Positions 14,603-28,536 of a stretch of 64,000 nt of DNA are shown here, piece after piece. This DNA comes from Vermamoeba vermiformis (lineage: Eukaryota), in contig JBEWZL010000260.1 in the NCBI GenBank assembly GCA_045837725.1, positions 434,001 to 498,000 of the forward strand, read 5' to 3'. How positions within the stretch are numbered: the stretch's first letter is position 1; every line of letters begins with the position of its first letter. A program made the translations under genes and the position numbers. Under the pieces are notes generated by a model. It was not told the origin of the DNA and searched no databases. It worked only from the letters and a program-made list of their open reading frames with translations.

Positions 14603-16692
14603 ATGTAAGTTGTAACCGGTGGCCCCTCAGATCTAGATTGGAAGCAGATCTCCAAAAAATTCAAAGAGATTTACTCGTATTTCGTTCATATTACAAATTT
14701 ATATCAAAAGTATCACTATCTAACATATTATAACTGTTTAGGTCAGAAAAAAAACAAGAAAAAATAGATTCGAAACCATCTAGTCCGCTCAAAACACTGA
14801 TCGCAGTGAATTTTCTCGGCGGCATGGTATTCGGTTACAATACAGGTACTTATATTAGAATATTACTTGCTTAGTGTAACGCAATGATTAGGCGCATAAA
14901 TTCGATTTTTCAGTTAATTAGAACCACGCAGAATTCTCAGCGGCATCGCATGAAATTATTTTCAGTTAATAATAAGACTAGGAATGAATTATATTATTTC
15001 TAATGATAATGTAATTGTGTCGCACCCCAACGTTGTGAATTCACAACATTTGATTGCGCTTATATTGTGCACGTGATCTTTTTGGTACACAAACTTCGTA
15101 ATCCTGGATCTCGGTAATTAACGATTTATTTTCATAGGATCCATCGCTCTAGCACTTAGCTCAATTAAAAGAGACTTCCCGATGAGCGATATGATTTCTG
15201 GTGTATTATCAGCCAGTATTTTGATGGGCGCTTTGGTCGGATCTGCGACAGCTGGTACGTGCCCTGATACTTGCCTTATTAACATTTGTACTAATGTCTA
15301 GTCTTGCCAGGCACACTTTGTGACAGATTAGGGCGTAAAAAGTCCTTACTAGTGATGAGTATCTTTGCCACAGTCGGTCCATTACTCACTCTCGCTGCTC
15401 CTTCACTACCGCTGCTTTGCATAGCACGAGCAATTGTGGGCTATGGTACGATATAATTTATAGTTAGATAGTATGACGTGCTAATATAGTGTCAGGTGTT
15501 GGATTGGCTTCGGTGTGCTGTCCGTTGTACGTGTCAGAAATGTCGTCGAATGAGACACGTGGTCGGTTAGGCACGTTGTTCCAAATCACACTCACATTCG
15601 GCATTTTTCTCGCGTACATTGTCTCGTACTGCATTCTGTTGGACCCGTCTTACGTGGGCAGTAAGTCTTTTGACACTTTTTACGATTCGTGACACGTGAC
15701 TTTTGACACCTGTTGTAGGCTGGGGTTGGGACTGGCGCACCATGTTTGGCGTTGGATGCTTCGTAGGTCTCGCCAACCTCATCGTGGCTGTATTCTTCGT
15801 ACCTGAATCGCCTTTGTGGCTGCAGACTCATCGCAAAGATATTGAGATGGGCGATATTAAGGACCAAAAAGACAAGACTGCCGAGAAAGACAAGAAGCAA
15901 GAAAAAGGTTCTAAGAACAAGGGATGGGCTGGCCTTGTGGCCCGCAAGCATGCCAAACAAGTTCTGTTGGGTTCAATTTTGTCCGTGTCGTTGCAACTGA
16001 CCGGCATCAACGCGATCATGTACTACGCTCCCGTCATTTTGAACAGCGCTGGATTTGACATTGCATCCATTCTCACGCTGGTGATTGGCGGCTGGAACTT
16101 CCTCACGTCAATGTTCCCGTTGATTTTGATCGACAGAGCTGGACGACGACCTCTGATGATTGCTGGCCTGTCACTCATGACGGGTGCTCTGATCATTGTT
16201 GCCGCGGCATTTTATGCTAGTGTAAGTCCCGTACTTGCCTTATTTGGAAATACAATCTCATCACTTGTCTTTAGGAACCATTGGCCATGGGAATTGTAGC
16301 TTTAATTGGCATTATAATCTTTATTTTCGGCTTCGAAACTGGTCCTGGGTACGTTAAAACAAAAATATTTTCAGTCGACAATTACTTACATTGTCATTTA
16401 TAGAGCCAATTTCTGGGTATTAGTGAGCGAAATATTCCCAAATTCTATTCGCGAAAGTGCACCGTCGTTCATCAACATGCAGCAGTGGATCTACAACATT
16501 GCACTCACTCTCGCGTTCCCATCTATGGTCTCTGGCCTTGGTGCATCTGGCTCATTTTGGATATTTGCAGGTATCGGAGTCGCATGCACTATTTTCATTG
16601 GCGTTTCGTTGCGCGAGAGCCGAGGATCTGATATTGGTGGCGCAACGGATGAGACTGACAAAAAGGGAAAAGTGTCCGAAGAACTGGCCTAA
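14603..16692 (+). CDS. MFS sugar porter family transporter
   Basis: GGMVFGYNTG, DRLGRK, PLYVSEMS..RGRLGTLFQ, VPESPLWL, QLTGINAIMYY, IDRAGRRPL, SEIFPNSIR. The start is inferred from an AT|G split by an intron. Confidence 0.9.
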
Positions 16693-16805
16693 AGTTAAAA
16701 TAATATCATTATCACTTGTAAATAAGGGAAATAACAAACACATTAATAACGCGACTTTTTTTCGGATGTGGTTTGTTTTTTTATTTATTATGAAGGCCAT
16801 TCTAA

Positions 16806-17650
16806 CTATACAGACGCTACGATCGCACTCGCTTTTTTCTTCGAAATTCCCCAATCGCAACAAGTACAAGGCCACATATGGCCGACAGAATTCTTGTAGT
16901 CCAAATATTCTTTACCAAATTTGGCAAGTAGTTGACGCTCTTCTTCTATCAGGGCTATGGTGCCGAAACTCCAGCCAATGAGCACAAAGAGCGTAAAAAA
17001 CCAGTTCAGGCGGGCTATCAACGAGCCAACAATGTAAATGAAGAACGACAAGTGGATCGGATGTCGAACATATCGATAAGGACCTGTCTTCACCACAAAC
17101 TGATAACGCATTAGTATGTATAAGCAAGGTGTGCATATTATTATAATGAAGAATTTCTTTCCTGGCTTACGTTGATCTCGCGTTTGATCGCCGATTTGAC
17201 AAGCCTAACAAGTGCAGCAAGCAATAATACGCAGCCCAACAATACTATTGCCACTCCAATGCACGCGAGGATCAGCGATGGTTCCTAGATATGACGCGTG
17301 TCAATTAGGTGGCATGGATCCTGTAATTTCTAAATAGTCTTACTGGATCTGCTGGAATGAGTGCCCAAGTGAGGTCTATATAAGGATCAGTCCTTGCGAG
17401 AATTGCTACAGTCAAGCCACCAAGAATAAATAATATCTCGAGAACTGAACAGGCATTCCAGAAACTGAAACATTGTTAGTTTATTTTATCCGAGAATTAA
17501 TTAATTAATAAATCCTTACCAATTAGAGCTCCTTTTATCTTTAATTTTAACCTTCATAACGATGAAGGCCACTATTCGACAGATCGGAAACAACGAAACT
17601 CCAGCCAATTGTAAAATGTAGACTAAACCATTGGCTAAATCTTCGTCCAT
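16806..17650 (-). CDS. Isoprenylcysteine carboxyl methyltransferase / PEMT-like membrane methyltransferase
   Basis: VVKTGPYRYVRHPIHL and EERQLLAKFGKEYLDYKNSV motifs; hydrophobic upstream exons. Confidence 0.85.
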
Positions 17651-17958
17651 GATGATTATTTGTTACGAATAAAATTTGTTGCTTAATAATAAAATCATTG
17701 CGTGCACGGTATTTAAACGTCTCGGAGACAAGTCCGGAACATTCTAAATTAGCCGCATAAATTTCAACGTTTCGCGAAAAAAGGCAATGTGTGATCGTTA
17801 GTATAAATTTACTATGCATATGCCGAGTGTGTAGCATAGCAAATATTAGAATCGGCAAAATCGCAAATACGAAACAAAAAAATTTTTACACGGATCACAT
17901 CTGGATCTAAATTAACAATACACGGAAAATTTTCAGAACATACGTGCCGAGCTTTCCA

Positions 17959-19815
17959 TTACTTGCGAGGCGTGCTTGGCCCCGAGTTGTTCTGTCCGCT
18001 AGGGGGTGGAGGTTGCTGCGCTTGTTGTGCCTGATTGGCCAAGTTGTTGGTCGAGGGACTGACACGCATCTGTGTGACTGCCGTGGGAGCATTAGGACCA
18101 CGCGGCGACTTTGGGGGAGGCAAGTTCTGTGCTGCAGTGCGTTGTACTGGCGGTGTGTTTGCCGCTGAATTGGTCGGAGTGTCGTCAATCAAATCGTTCA
18201 AGGCCACGCAACTGACCGCTCCTAATGACACGTGTCAGAAATGTCCCGTCAAATGTAACATATCACGAGCACGTACTTGTGTGGCCTGAATAATGGCGCA
18301 CTGTTTCACCTTGACTCAAGTCCCACAATCTCGCCATTTGGTCGGACGAAGCTACGAATCACAACGTGTTAATGTGATGTTTTTGGTCCATCTGTTTCAA
18401 ATCATTACCTGTGACTAAGTAAGCCGAATCAGCGCTGAAAGCACAGTCCCAGACCCATTGTGTGTGGCCTGTCAGTGTCTTATCTTCGACAAAACTTGAC
18501 GGACTTTGAACGTTCCAAATTTTGACTGTTGAATCAGCTGAGGCCGTGGCGAGCAATCTAAATCGAGGTCAATACTTCCTCTATTGTACTGTCATTAACC
18601 TTACTTATTATTCGGACTAAATTGAGCTTTGAGCACGTAAGTCTTATGAGCTGCGAATTGTGTCGCGAGTTCAAAACCGGTTGACAGTACAGCGCTCGAG
18701 CCTAATGAAGTCGTAGCATTCGTGTTGCTATTATTAGACCACGACGACGCGTCGAGTTTGTACACGAAACAATTGCCTGAGCCCGTGGCAGCACATAAGA
18801 GCTGACCGTCATTTGTGATTGTTAAACTGCGCACAGCTGCGTCATCTTCCGGGATCTTTTGTCATATATATTAATACTCGCCATCTATATTATAGTGTGT
18901 ATATTAATATTGAGACGTACAACTTCTCTGAGGACTTTGTTCGTATTCAAATCGTACACGCGCACTACACCATCTTGATAACCACAAATCAACTCTGTCT
19001 ATTTATTCGTAGAAAATGTTAGATATATAACGACGCCTATAATTATTGTATTGTATTTAGCTTACTTGATTAGGATGCAATAGAACTGTATTGACTGGAA
19101 CTTTTTCTTTCAATTCACGTTGACAGCCAGGAGCACTATCATTAATATTAATATCTACATCATGTCTCATGATATTATATAAATATATATATATTCGTAC
19201 TTGACGTCCCAGATTTTTACTGTGCCGTCTTCAGATCCTGAGTACATCCACTTTCCGTCTTTGTGAAAACCAAGTGAAGTAACATTATTCGTGTGTCCGC
19301 TAAAATTAATGACCTAATAATAAATTTAATGGTTAATATAAAGTTTGCACGGGGAGAGAAATAGATTCAGCAACGTGATCCGTTACAAATACTGTGTCGG
19401 TCTAAAACTTACGGCATTGGCGTGTCTGCTTTCTATTTCGTAGAATTTAATATTAGGGTTGCCTGCTGCTGCCAAATACACCCTATCAGGCGATATTTCC
19501 ATTTTATTGATTTGCTGCAATAAAAAATTATTATAATTGTCCCAAAAATTACTACAACCACCACAATAGTAAATAAATATGCCAAATATAATTTTAAGCT
19601 AATATCTCGTTATTGACAGTTATAATTGGTTGACAATACAATTTGCCGACTAAGATTTTTAAACTAATCTTCAAAACGATTTACATTATTATTATTAATT
19701 TATAACATACCGAGTCTTGATGTTGCAAGGCTAATTTATATTTGCCTGTATGCGCCTCCCAAAAGCGGATCGTGTGATCATAACTCGCAGTTGCTAATAT
19801 AACGGCACCAGGCAT
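17959..19815 (-). CDS. LST8: TOR complex subunit LST8 (WD40)
   Basis: [83 protein letters not shown]. Confidence 0.95.
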
Positions 19816-19957
19816 CTTATACTGTTATTACAAATAAATACTATATTACAAATAGCTGGTACTGAGCACCTTTACAAAATTAACAATGAACAAGCCAGAA
19901 AATTAAATTTCGTAATTGGCACGTGCTCTGGCTGAATGTACTTTATTACATGGGTAT

Positions 19958-21460
19958 CTAATCTTTGTGGCTATCAGACGCTAGCATGACGTTACTCAAA
20001 TCTTGTTCTTGGTCGGATCCGTTATCTTCTGACAATTCTTCATCTCCTGCCATCTGATCCGTTGTCGACATGTTAACACTTCCGTCTTCATTCGTATACT
20101 TCACTCGCTTAGGATACGGCTCGTAGCTCGAGGAGTCCTTTTCTTTCCTAAAGGCGTATATTAGTAAGTGCTTAAATAATGCCACAAACAATCCTTAGAT
20201 CGTACCTCTTGCGCGAGTGATCCAAAAATAAAAATGTTTCGCCACCAACTTCTTTCTTATCTACATGAATAGTCTTGGTATGATGTAGCTTATACTTGAT
20301 GCCCGATAACCAATTTCCGATTGCTCTCTCGACCTTCTTCGGTGTTGTCCAAAGTGGTGGACCCTCTGTTGGCCACGAGGTTAGATCGAGCAACAACTAC
20401 GAATAAGACATAATCTACGTACCTCGGCCAGTATATCTACAAAATCTACTCTTATAATGAATTCTACATAATGATACAATTGCGTCTAATTTGTCTTTGT
20501 GTTCAACTCTCTATCATGACTTTGTCAGTACTGAGTATTACTTAGTAATTGCTCAAACATACCATTTTAGCTAAACTTATCGTGGGATCGTCAACTGGCA
20601 CTTGAGCGAGTTGAATAAGTCGTGATAAGAAGTGCTGCAAGTTCGTGTAAGCATCACAAACATTATGTTGGATCGGGTATGTAACTTACTGCAGGTGACA
20701 CACTATTCATTCTATATTCATCCCACAATCTGAGTCTGATTAATTTATCTTCTAACCTATAAATTCAATGTTAGTACTATTGTAGCCTGGTAGAACAGTC
20801 GTACGCTTTGCCGATCTTGGGATCTGGCCACGAGTCATCATCTTCCATAGGAGTTGGTGAAGCAGGTGATCCAAATCCTTGTGCTGCACTGGCTATCACT
20901 TGCGCGGATAATTGTTGAGCGGCAGGTAGCTAAAGACCAACAGTTAGTTGGTACTCGGATAGTTACATGGCCTTAAAAACTCTTACTGATAACTGAGCAT
21001 GTTGTTGTAATGTCCTTGAAATACCAAACTCGAGAATTACAAGAAATTCGGCGACTACGAAACAGTTAGTTAGATTCACAAGATTGCCGCCCTCGATCTT
21101 ACTCGAGTAAGAATTTGAAACTGATTTTAATCAAGAATTTGGTTCAATTAATAACATTGAGAAGCTATTTGTAATCCTTACCAGTGAGATCACCGACTTT
21201 CATATTGTAAGGAATGATATTCTCCATTACTGGATTGCCAGTCGCTAAGCCGTTAGCCTGACCACCATTTACATTACTATTCTTGTCTATTTAAAATGGT
21301 TTTAGTGAGTTAAGCAGCTGACAAGAGGCTACAAATAATTTTTCGTTTACAAAGGAGAATGATCTGCCGAAAGTAATTTAATATTTTTTCTAGAAATTAA
21401 TTAAGACCACCTACCTTGATTACTAAAATCATCAAAGTCAATATGAGCCTGATCCGCCAT
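19958..21460 (-). CDS. Hypothetical multi-exon protein with acidic C-terminus
   Basis: ATG exon MADQAHIDFDDFSNQ followed by a chain of GT-AG bounded open exons ending EELSEDNGSDQEQDLSNVMLASDSHKD-stop. No family recognised. Confidence 0.55.
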
Positions 21461-21785
21461 TCTAAAATATATACAAGCTAATCTAGCGTCGTCTAAGTTC
21501 TTAATTCTAATGTACAATGCTATGAACGAGTAGAATGTATCTTAGAGCTTATCCTTTTGTGCACAAGAATTCTCGACCTTGGATCCTCGCCTCGTTGTTT
21601 GGTTGTATGGCCGAACGGATGAAAAATATAGCAAAAAAGGTGAGAAAGCGAGTCATATGCCGAAAATTTATCACCCCTTTTTGTCATTATTTTAATTTGT
21701 AATATATAGGACCAGCGTTTGCGTATTAAGACCTTCGTTACGAACTTTCAGGATCGATCAAGATCAAAATAGCAAATAATTACAG

Positions 21786-22672
21786 ATGGCAACTCAAAGT
21801 GGAATTGATGATTGTGCGATACCTGGAGATTTATTAGGACCATTGTCCATATATACACCCGGCGAAGGAACATACATCCGTGAAGGAAGCATTTACGCGG
21901 CGACTGCTGGCTTCAAAAAAGAAATTTCCAATGGCGAACAGGTACATACGCTTTGTTAATTACCCCACTATTTTTGTAATTATTTATGAGAATATTTGAC
22001 GAATTATTGTGGCGATCGGATCGCGATTTTTTAATACAAGCTTTCTGTGGTACAAATCATACCTACATAAGATCGCAATTTATTAATACAATTATTTAGC
22101 AAAAACCAACAATTACAGTGACAAGAGAGAACGAACGACCGTCAGTTGTGCCGTCGTTGAAATCTGTTGTTGTCGGGAAGGTATGGCCCTACGACAATAG
22201 ACCATGTTACGTATATACTGACATCATTTTGACTTTAGGTATTAAAAGTTAACCCGCGTATGGCTACGGTATCAATTTTAGTAGTTGGAGACAAAGTTCT
22301 CCCCGAGCCATTCACCGGCTTAATTCGCTCAACAGACGTGCGACTGACACAAATCGATCAAGTTGAACTATATAAATGCTTCAGACCTGGCGATATCGTT
22401 CGTGCTGAAGTGGTAAGAAATCAAATTCTAAAACTAGTTGTCAACTGATGCCAGCCCATTAAACCAAGACATGAACCAAAATTAATTATTACTATATTTA
22501 GGTATCTTTAGGAGACTCGAGGTCATATTATTTATCAACAGCTAAGAACGAATACGGTGTAATATTTGCGAAGAGTATGGCAGGTGCTACAATGGTGCCT
22601 ATTAGTTGGAATATGATGCAATGTCCTAAGACTAAGATGAAGGAGTTTAGAAAAGTCGCTAAAACTGTGTAA
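21786..22672 (+). CDS. CSL4: Exosome complex component CSL4 (EXOSC1)
   Basis: IPGDLLG..PGEGTY; FTGLIRSTDVRLTQIDQVELYKCFRPGDIVRAEV; SLGDSRSYYLSTAKNEYGVIFA; MQCPKTKMKEFRKVAK. Confidence 0.95.
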
Positions 22673-22895
22673 AAAGCATTATAAATAGCAAACCAAAAAC
22701 CCCAAGATCTGATCCCACTCGACACTTGTCTCGCAGTTATATACGCAACTACCCATTATTAGATGAGTCGTTGCAATATTACAAATTTCTTTCTTCGTGA
22801 CGGTTGTCGATTTATGGGTCTGCGAATTAAGCCAGAAAGTGGCTTTTTTTAGCGGTGATTCAGTGAGCATATTTTCATTAGTTCCGAATTGAATC

Positions 22896-23818
22896 ATGGA
22901 AGCAACAGCACCTTCTTATATAGACTCGCACGCACATATCCAGCGTATCTTTTTGAAAGATAAAATCGCTGTGGACAAGTATCCAGAGTACCTGAAAAAC
23001 ACCATCTCAGCAGTCGCCGCGAAAAATAACACCAAGTACGAAGGATGCATTAATGTATGCTGCGGAAGTCAATATTATGACGACGGCGAAAAGCTAGCGG
23101 CTTACGAAGGCATTTACCCGGCCTGGGGTGTCCATCCGCACAGGTAAATTGGCTTTCTCGGCACCCTCAATTTTTAAAAATTCCATAACAGTGCTAAAGA
23201 GTGGGATGCCGATATGGAAAAACGCTTCCGTGCTTTGCTTGCCCTCCCAAAAACAGTGGCCATTGGTAAGCTAATATTCAATCCCGTGACGGTAGAAACT
23301 AAATCATTTTTCAAGGTGAAATGGGACTCGACTACTTCTATAATAACTCCGAACCAGATGTACAACGAAATGTGTTCAAGGCACAAATTAGCATAGCTAA
23401 AGAAACGAAATTGCCAATTATCATTCACTCGCGAGATGCAGCAGAAGACACATTGACGATCATGACAGAGAATATTCCAGCCGATTGGAAAATACACTTC
23501 CACTGCTTCTCGTACGAAGATACAGAATTTGCTGCGAAGATCTTGAAGGCTTTTCCTAATTTGTACATCGGTTTCACTGGCGCACTTACCTTCAAGAAAA
23601 GCGAAAAGCTACGCGAGGTAATTAAGTCAGTGCCACTAAGTAGGACCCTATTGGAGACAGACTCGCCTTATATGGCACCAGAGCCTTATCGAGGCCAAAC
23701 GTGTCACCCAGGCTACATTCCATTCATCGCAAAACGAGTCGCTGAGATCCACGGCACAACGACTGAAGAAGTGCTGAAAATCACGCGCGACAATGTAAAG
23801 AAGGTATATGGAATATAA
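22896..23818 (+). CDS. TatD-family deoxyribonuclease
   Basis: IDSHAH, GVHPH, GEMGLDY, PIIIHSRDA, HFHCFS, LLETDSPY. Confidence 0.95.
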
Positions 23819-23857
23819 ACAGGCTTTTTACAAGTTTAATTACATATACTTACAATT

Positions 23858-25260
23858 TTAATCATTTTTGACCTCGCTCGCACCCTGATCCTCTTGCTGA
23901 GCCGACTTCATCTTTTCACCCTGACTACTTACAGTCGAGCCGAAATGAAGCTTTGCTTGCTTTGTTTTGCGAGGCACCTCTTGTTCACGCGATTCTTTGA
24001 GGGCCTTTTCTTTCCATTGCTCGTACTCGTCTCTCTTTCGTTTCTTACGCTCGATACGAGTAACAGGTGCCTAACAAGTGTTAATACACTATACATACAA
24101 TGTATTGAATCTTACCTCTTGACCCTCCTCTACATCAACGTCAAAAGTGTCATCCAGCTCTTTCTTGAACAGATCTTCGTTGACAATTGACTTCTGTTCA
24201 AGCAGATCGTTGACTGTGATGGTAGGTTGTTTCTTTCTTCCCTTGACGTTATGATCCTTGTTTTCTTTATCCTCATCGAGACTGAGTTCAGAGGCCGTTG
24301 ATTTTTCTTTGTCAACCTTCGTGTCTGCCTTGGCCTCATCCTTCGTCTCGCTTTTCTTCGTCTCTTTAGCTTTCTTGGCCGTCTCTTGTGCCAACCGCTC
24401 GGCATTATCCTCCGCCCGAATAGGCGCAAATATAAGCTCGTCCATCGAGGCGTAGATCTATAATTTGTTTAGAAGAGAAAGAAACTTTACGGCGGCTTTG
24501 CTTACCGAATCAAAATCAGGATATGTAACACCAGCGTATTCTAACAACTTCTTTTTGTCGATTTTCTTCTTCTTATACTCAGCTGTCAAAAAGAAGGCCA
24601 CAATGGGAAAGACGTTTCGATCGAAGCGAACATCCGCTCGACGATTCTCTGGCAGACCTTTAACAAACAACTCCTTGTACCTGATGCGACGTTAGATAAA
24701 TTCATAACCAGTTATGTTCGTACTTCTCAAGTACTCTCTTTGACGACTTGGCGAGCTCGGGACATCCGAACTTGATGCACAACTCTTCGAAAGGGATTGG
24801 AGGACTATTGGCCAATTAGTATTGCAAATACCACACCGATAGATAGATACTTACGATATCTCCAAAATACTCGAAACGGTGCTGTACGTGTCTGTATACG
24901 TTTGAGATGAGACGCCACAAGCTCTTAATGCCTTATCAAGATCAAAAGGCTCTCCATTTCTATTAAAACGCATGTAAATATTAAATTTAAATTAATCGAT
25001 CGAATATTAGAGTCAGTGAAGACTCTGCTTACAATTTACAAGCAAGATGCAGACAGGCAGTGTATTTACAATTATTTCCCTTTACTGGCATTAGTGCGCG
25101 ATATAAAAATATCATATTTGTCGATACATACGCCACGAAGTCCTCCAGCGGCCCGCAGATCAAGCAAGCGCATCAGCTCTTCAGTTTTCCGCTTTATTTT
25201 GGCGCTCTTTATTTCCAATGCATCGTACATCGGCTGTATAACAATGCGTTGAGAGTTCAT
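23858..25260 (-). CDS. ORC6: Origin recognition complex subunit 6
   Basis: KRKTEELMRL, ELCIKFGC, KELFVKGLPENRRADVRFDRNVFPIVAFFL, KIDKKKLL; C-terminal DEYEQWKEKAL matches the ORC6 YEEWK motif. Confidence 0.85.
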
Positions 25261-25343
25261 TTTATTGGCACCCTATAAGCACGCCAATGAATGATAAAAA
25301 AATGAGGCAAAAAATTTGAATATGGCAACGGTAACTTTGGCGG

Positions 25344-26282
25344 TCAAAATTTGCTCGTCTGTCTGAAACGCTGTATTTTCGGTCTTTTGCCAATACGCTC
25401 GTGATAGAACTGCAATGCAGGATAGTCCAGGAACATTGTTGGTATCTCTCGGTCAATGGAGTCGAGGACGGAGAAGAGGAAGAGATCGACGAAGGTAATC
25501 TGAACGAACAACTGTTATCTTCAATTCTATGCTTCAATTAGATTATTACCTTCTGTCCTACTAAGAACGGGAACTCTTTCTTCGATAGATGCTCCAATAT
25601 GTCGTTCAAGAGAGGCTTCATTTCCTTTTTGTAAAATTGCAACCTCATCTCTTCAATTTTGCTGCTCTGACGTTCCACCTACAATTATGATCGAGCCGCG
25701 GTTAATTCAGCGTTATTCATATGGTAATTATCACAATATTATCGCAATTTTACCTCTGAGTACTTCATGAACTCCGCATTCCACAACGTTTGCTGGATGA
25801 GCTCGCACTGCTCAGCCCACATGTCACATTCGGCTCTTTCAATCGTATCATAACCATATAGGCCTATTAGTCTACATTAGTGTCATTTGTAAGCTATCAG
25901 CATGCTGGGTAAGCTCACGTACCGGCTTTGTCTGCCAAGTAGCGAAGGATCGCGTTTGCGTGGAATAGTACTAGCGAGCCTTCCTCTATATAGTAAAATA
26001 GATTATTAACTATTGATTGCTAGAGCAGGGACATACCTAGCATCGGTAGAGTCTTCAAGAGCATCTGCTTCTTGAGAACGCGAAACTCAGCGCCACTGAC
26101 GTTCTTCTCGACATAGTTCAAGCCTGATTCGGCGAGAACTAGACGAATTTTATCGCAGGTTCCTAAGGACGATAATATTAGTCTATATTGAAGAGAATGA
26201 AGCTGAAGAAAGCTCTGGAGTTATGTTAACCAGTACCTCGCGCTGGGAAGTAAGTCAATGTAATCGGTGCAGCCACGTTCAT
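25344..26282 (-). CDS. Glutathione S-transferase (sigma/mu/pi-like)
   Basis: ITLTYFPARG..DKIRLVLAESG, LPML, ANAILRYLADKAG, ITFVDLFLF, YPALQFYHERIGKRPKI. Confidence 0.9.
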
Positions 26283-26489
26283 TGTTAAGTCTTGCTTGTA
26301 TTGCTAGCAGTACGAGGAGAAATGACGAATCGATCGTCGCAATTCCAGTACACGAGTTGTTTGTGTCACGTGACTTTCTTTGCCGTTCAGTGAAAAGTGA
26401 CTTGCCGTCCCCTATCTGTTGCAAAAAGCCCGTTCAGAATCTTTCTTTGTTGAACAAAGTACAAGAGCACTTGCACTGTATTAGCAGCA

Positions 26490-28279
26490 ATGAAACACCT
26501 CGCTGTGCTTGCTGGATTTGCGATCCTTGCTTTGGGTTTTTTGACAGTTCAAGGACAGGTAAATAATCGACATCAATACCATTGCATTACTTAAGCTACT
26601 GCAAATTATTAACGGGTGTTGCTAAAATTACTACGAATTTTCTAACAATCAACCGAAGATCCATTTTATTTAATCGATTATTGTTAAATTAATTAAATTT
26701 TATTAGAGTAAATTCCCTCCAAATTTTATTCCACCATATTGTGGAAGTACTAAGGGTTGGGGACCTGTTCCTGCCCCTTCGTGGTCCAATCCAGCCAACG
26801 CTCCAACCTTGAAGCTCGTTCAAAGTAAGGCACGATAAAGCTCTGTTCAAGTTTATTAAGTAATTAACGATTATTAGCCGTTATCCGTCACGGCGATCGC
26901 GCACCTGTCAGTTATGCTCCGTGCTGGAACAACGAGGACGAATGGAAGTGCAGCCTTTATTCTCAAGTACGTATAACAAGCCAATGACTATCAAGAAAGT
27001 CTAAAATTATTTGTAGGAACATCCTGGATATGACAAGGATCAAAAGACTGTTCACCACGTGTTCAGCAAGCGTTATCGCAAGGACCACAACTATCACCCT
27101 GGTGACTGCTCTGTAGGTCAATTGACGAACACTGGTTACTTGCAAGAGCTTGCTAACGGTAAGTATAAGCACCTGCAAATATAGCAATACATTAATCGGT
27201 TGCACAAAGGCAAAACCTTGCGCTCGTACTACGTGGATCAAGCAGGATTTTTGCCACACAACTTCGAGACTGCTTCAGTTTATGTCCATTCTGATGACAT
27301 TTCGAGAACTTTCACATCAGCTGAGGTACTAAATTCGAAATAGAATGATGACAAGTCAAGATCTAACGCGTGCAGGCCTTTATGCTTGCTCTCTATCCTT
27401 CCGACACTAAAGGCAGTCGAATTGTCGATATTTGGACTGAAGACGGTGGCTTCGAATACTTTTATGGCAATTACGCCTTGTGCCCTCTTTTGCAACAATA
27501 CGAATCGGTAAAAATACATGGTGTGACACGCGCGCTTGGACTAAAATATCTATTTTTTAGGCCTTCTTTAAGTCATCTAAATGGCTTGAACATGTTAAGA
27601 AGGTCCGTCAACCTTTGTTGAATGACCTCGCCAAGGCAATGAACGTCAGTGCGTCTTCGATTGACCTCGACGATTTGTACGATTGCTTGCAAGCCTCGTT
27701 GTGTCACTCGCACTCTATTCCTAGCGGCATCACTTTTGACTTGTACAACCGCGTTGTTGCCGAGGCTACTTATGCTGAACACCAGCTGTACAACTACCCT
27801 GATCCTGTCAGCTACGGTCAAGCATGCATGGGGTAGGTCACTTTTTAGGCAGTGGATCTGGCCACGGTGACTAATCTCGGCTCAGTTTCTTGTTTGCTGA
27901 CATCTATCAACACATGCTCGATTCAATCTCGAGTGCCAACCAGCTCAAGTTCGTCCTGTACTCGGGCCACGATACGACGATCATGCCTTTGTTGAACGCC
28001 TTGCAGGCCTGGGACGGTGTTTGGGCTCCTTACGCTTCATACCTCACCTTCGAGCTCTATCAAGGTACTATACAATGGCGTGGTTATAAAGGATCGATCT
28101 AATTATTGTTCGTAGATAACGCAGGTCAAAACTACGTGCGTCTAGTCCACAACTCGAAGGAAGTTATTTTGCCTGGTTGTGGTCAAGCGATCTGCAGTTG
28201 GGCTCAGTTCACTTCAGTTATTCAGCCTTTGCGTATTACCAACCCTGCTGCTCAGTGCAAGACTCACTCGATGTTCTAA
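26490..28279 (+). CDS. Secreted/lysosomal histidine acid phosphatase
   Basis: Signal MKHLAVLAGFAILALGFLTVQG; catalytic IRHGDRAP; GQLTNTG; YSGHDTTIMPLL; APYASYLTFELY. Confidence 0.93.
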
Positions 28280-28536
28280 TGTCAATTTAAATTATTTCGC
28301 TTTGTTTTTATCTTTGTTATTAGCAGTAACACCATTACCGATTATTGTTCGTTTTATTAATAAAAGTACGAAGTAAGTTGTTATTACCAAAAGCATTAAT
28401 TGTGGAGCTAGATCGGATCGTCTTCTAGAAGATCCTTTCAGAAAAAAAGAAAAAATAAATAATTAAATTTATCCGACCATCTCATACAAATACGACTACT
28501 TACACTATAAATTAATATCTGTCTAATTTCTATCAG

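Noticed and set aside
22695-22819. Minus-strand ACCCATAA element with a ~60-nt hairpin-containing stretch ending in T5, between CSL4 and TatD
   Set aside because: The spacing mimics the U12 promoter, but no known RNA family matches and the 8-mer also occurs by chance in coding regions here. It needs small-RNA data.
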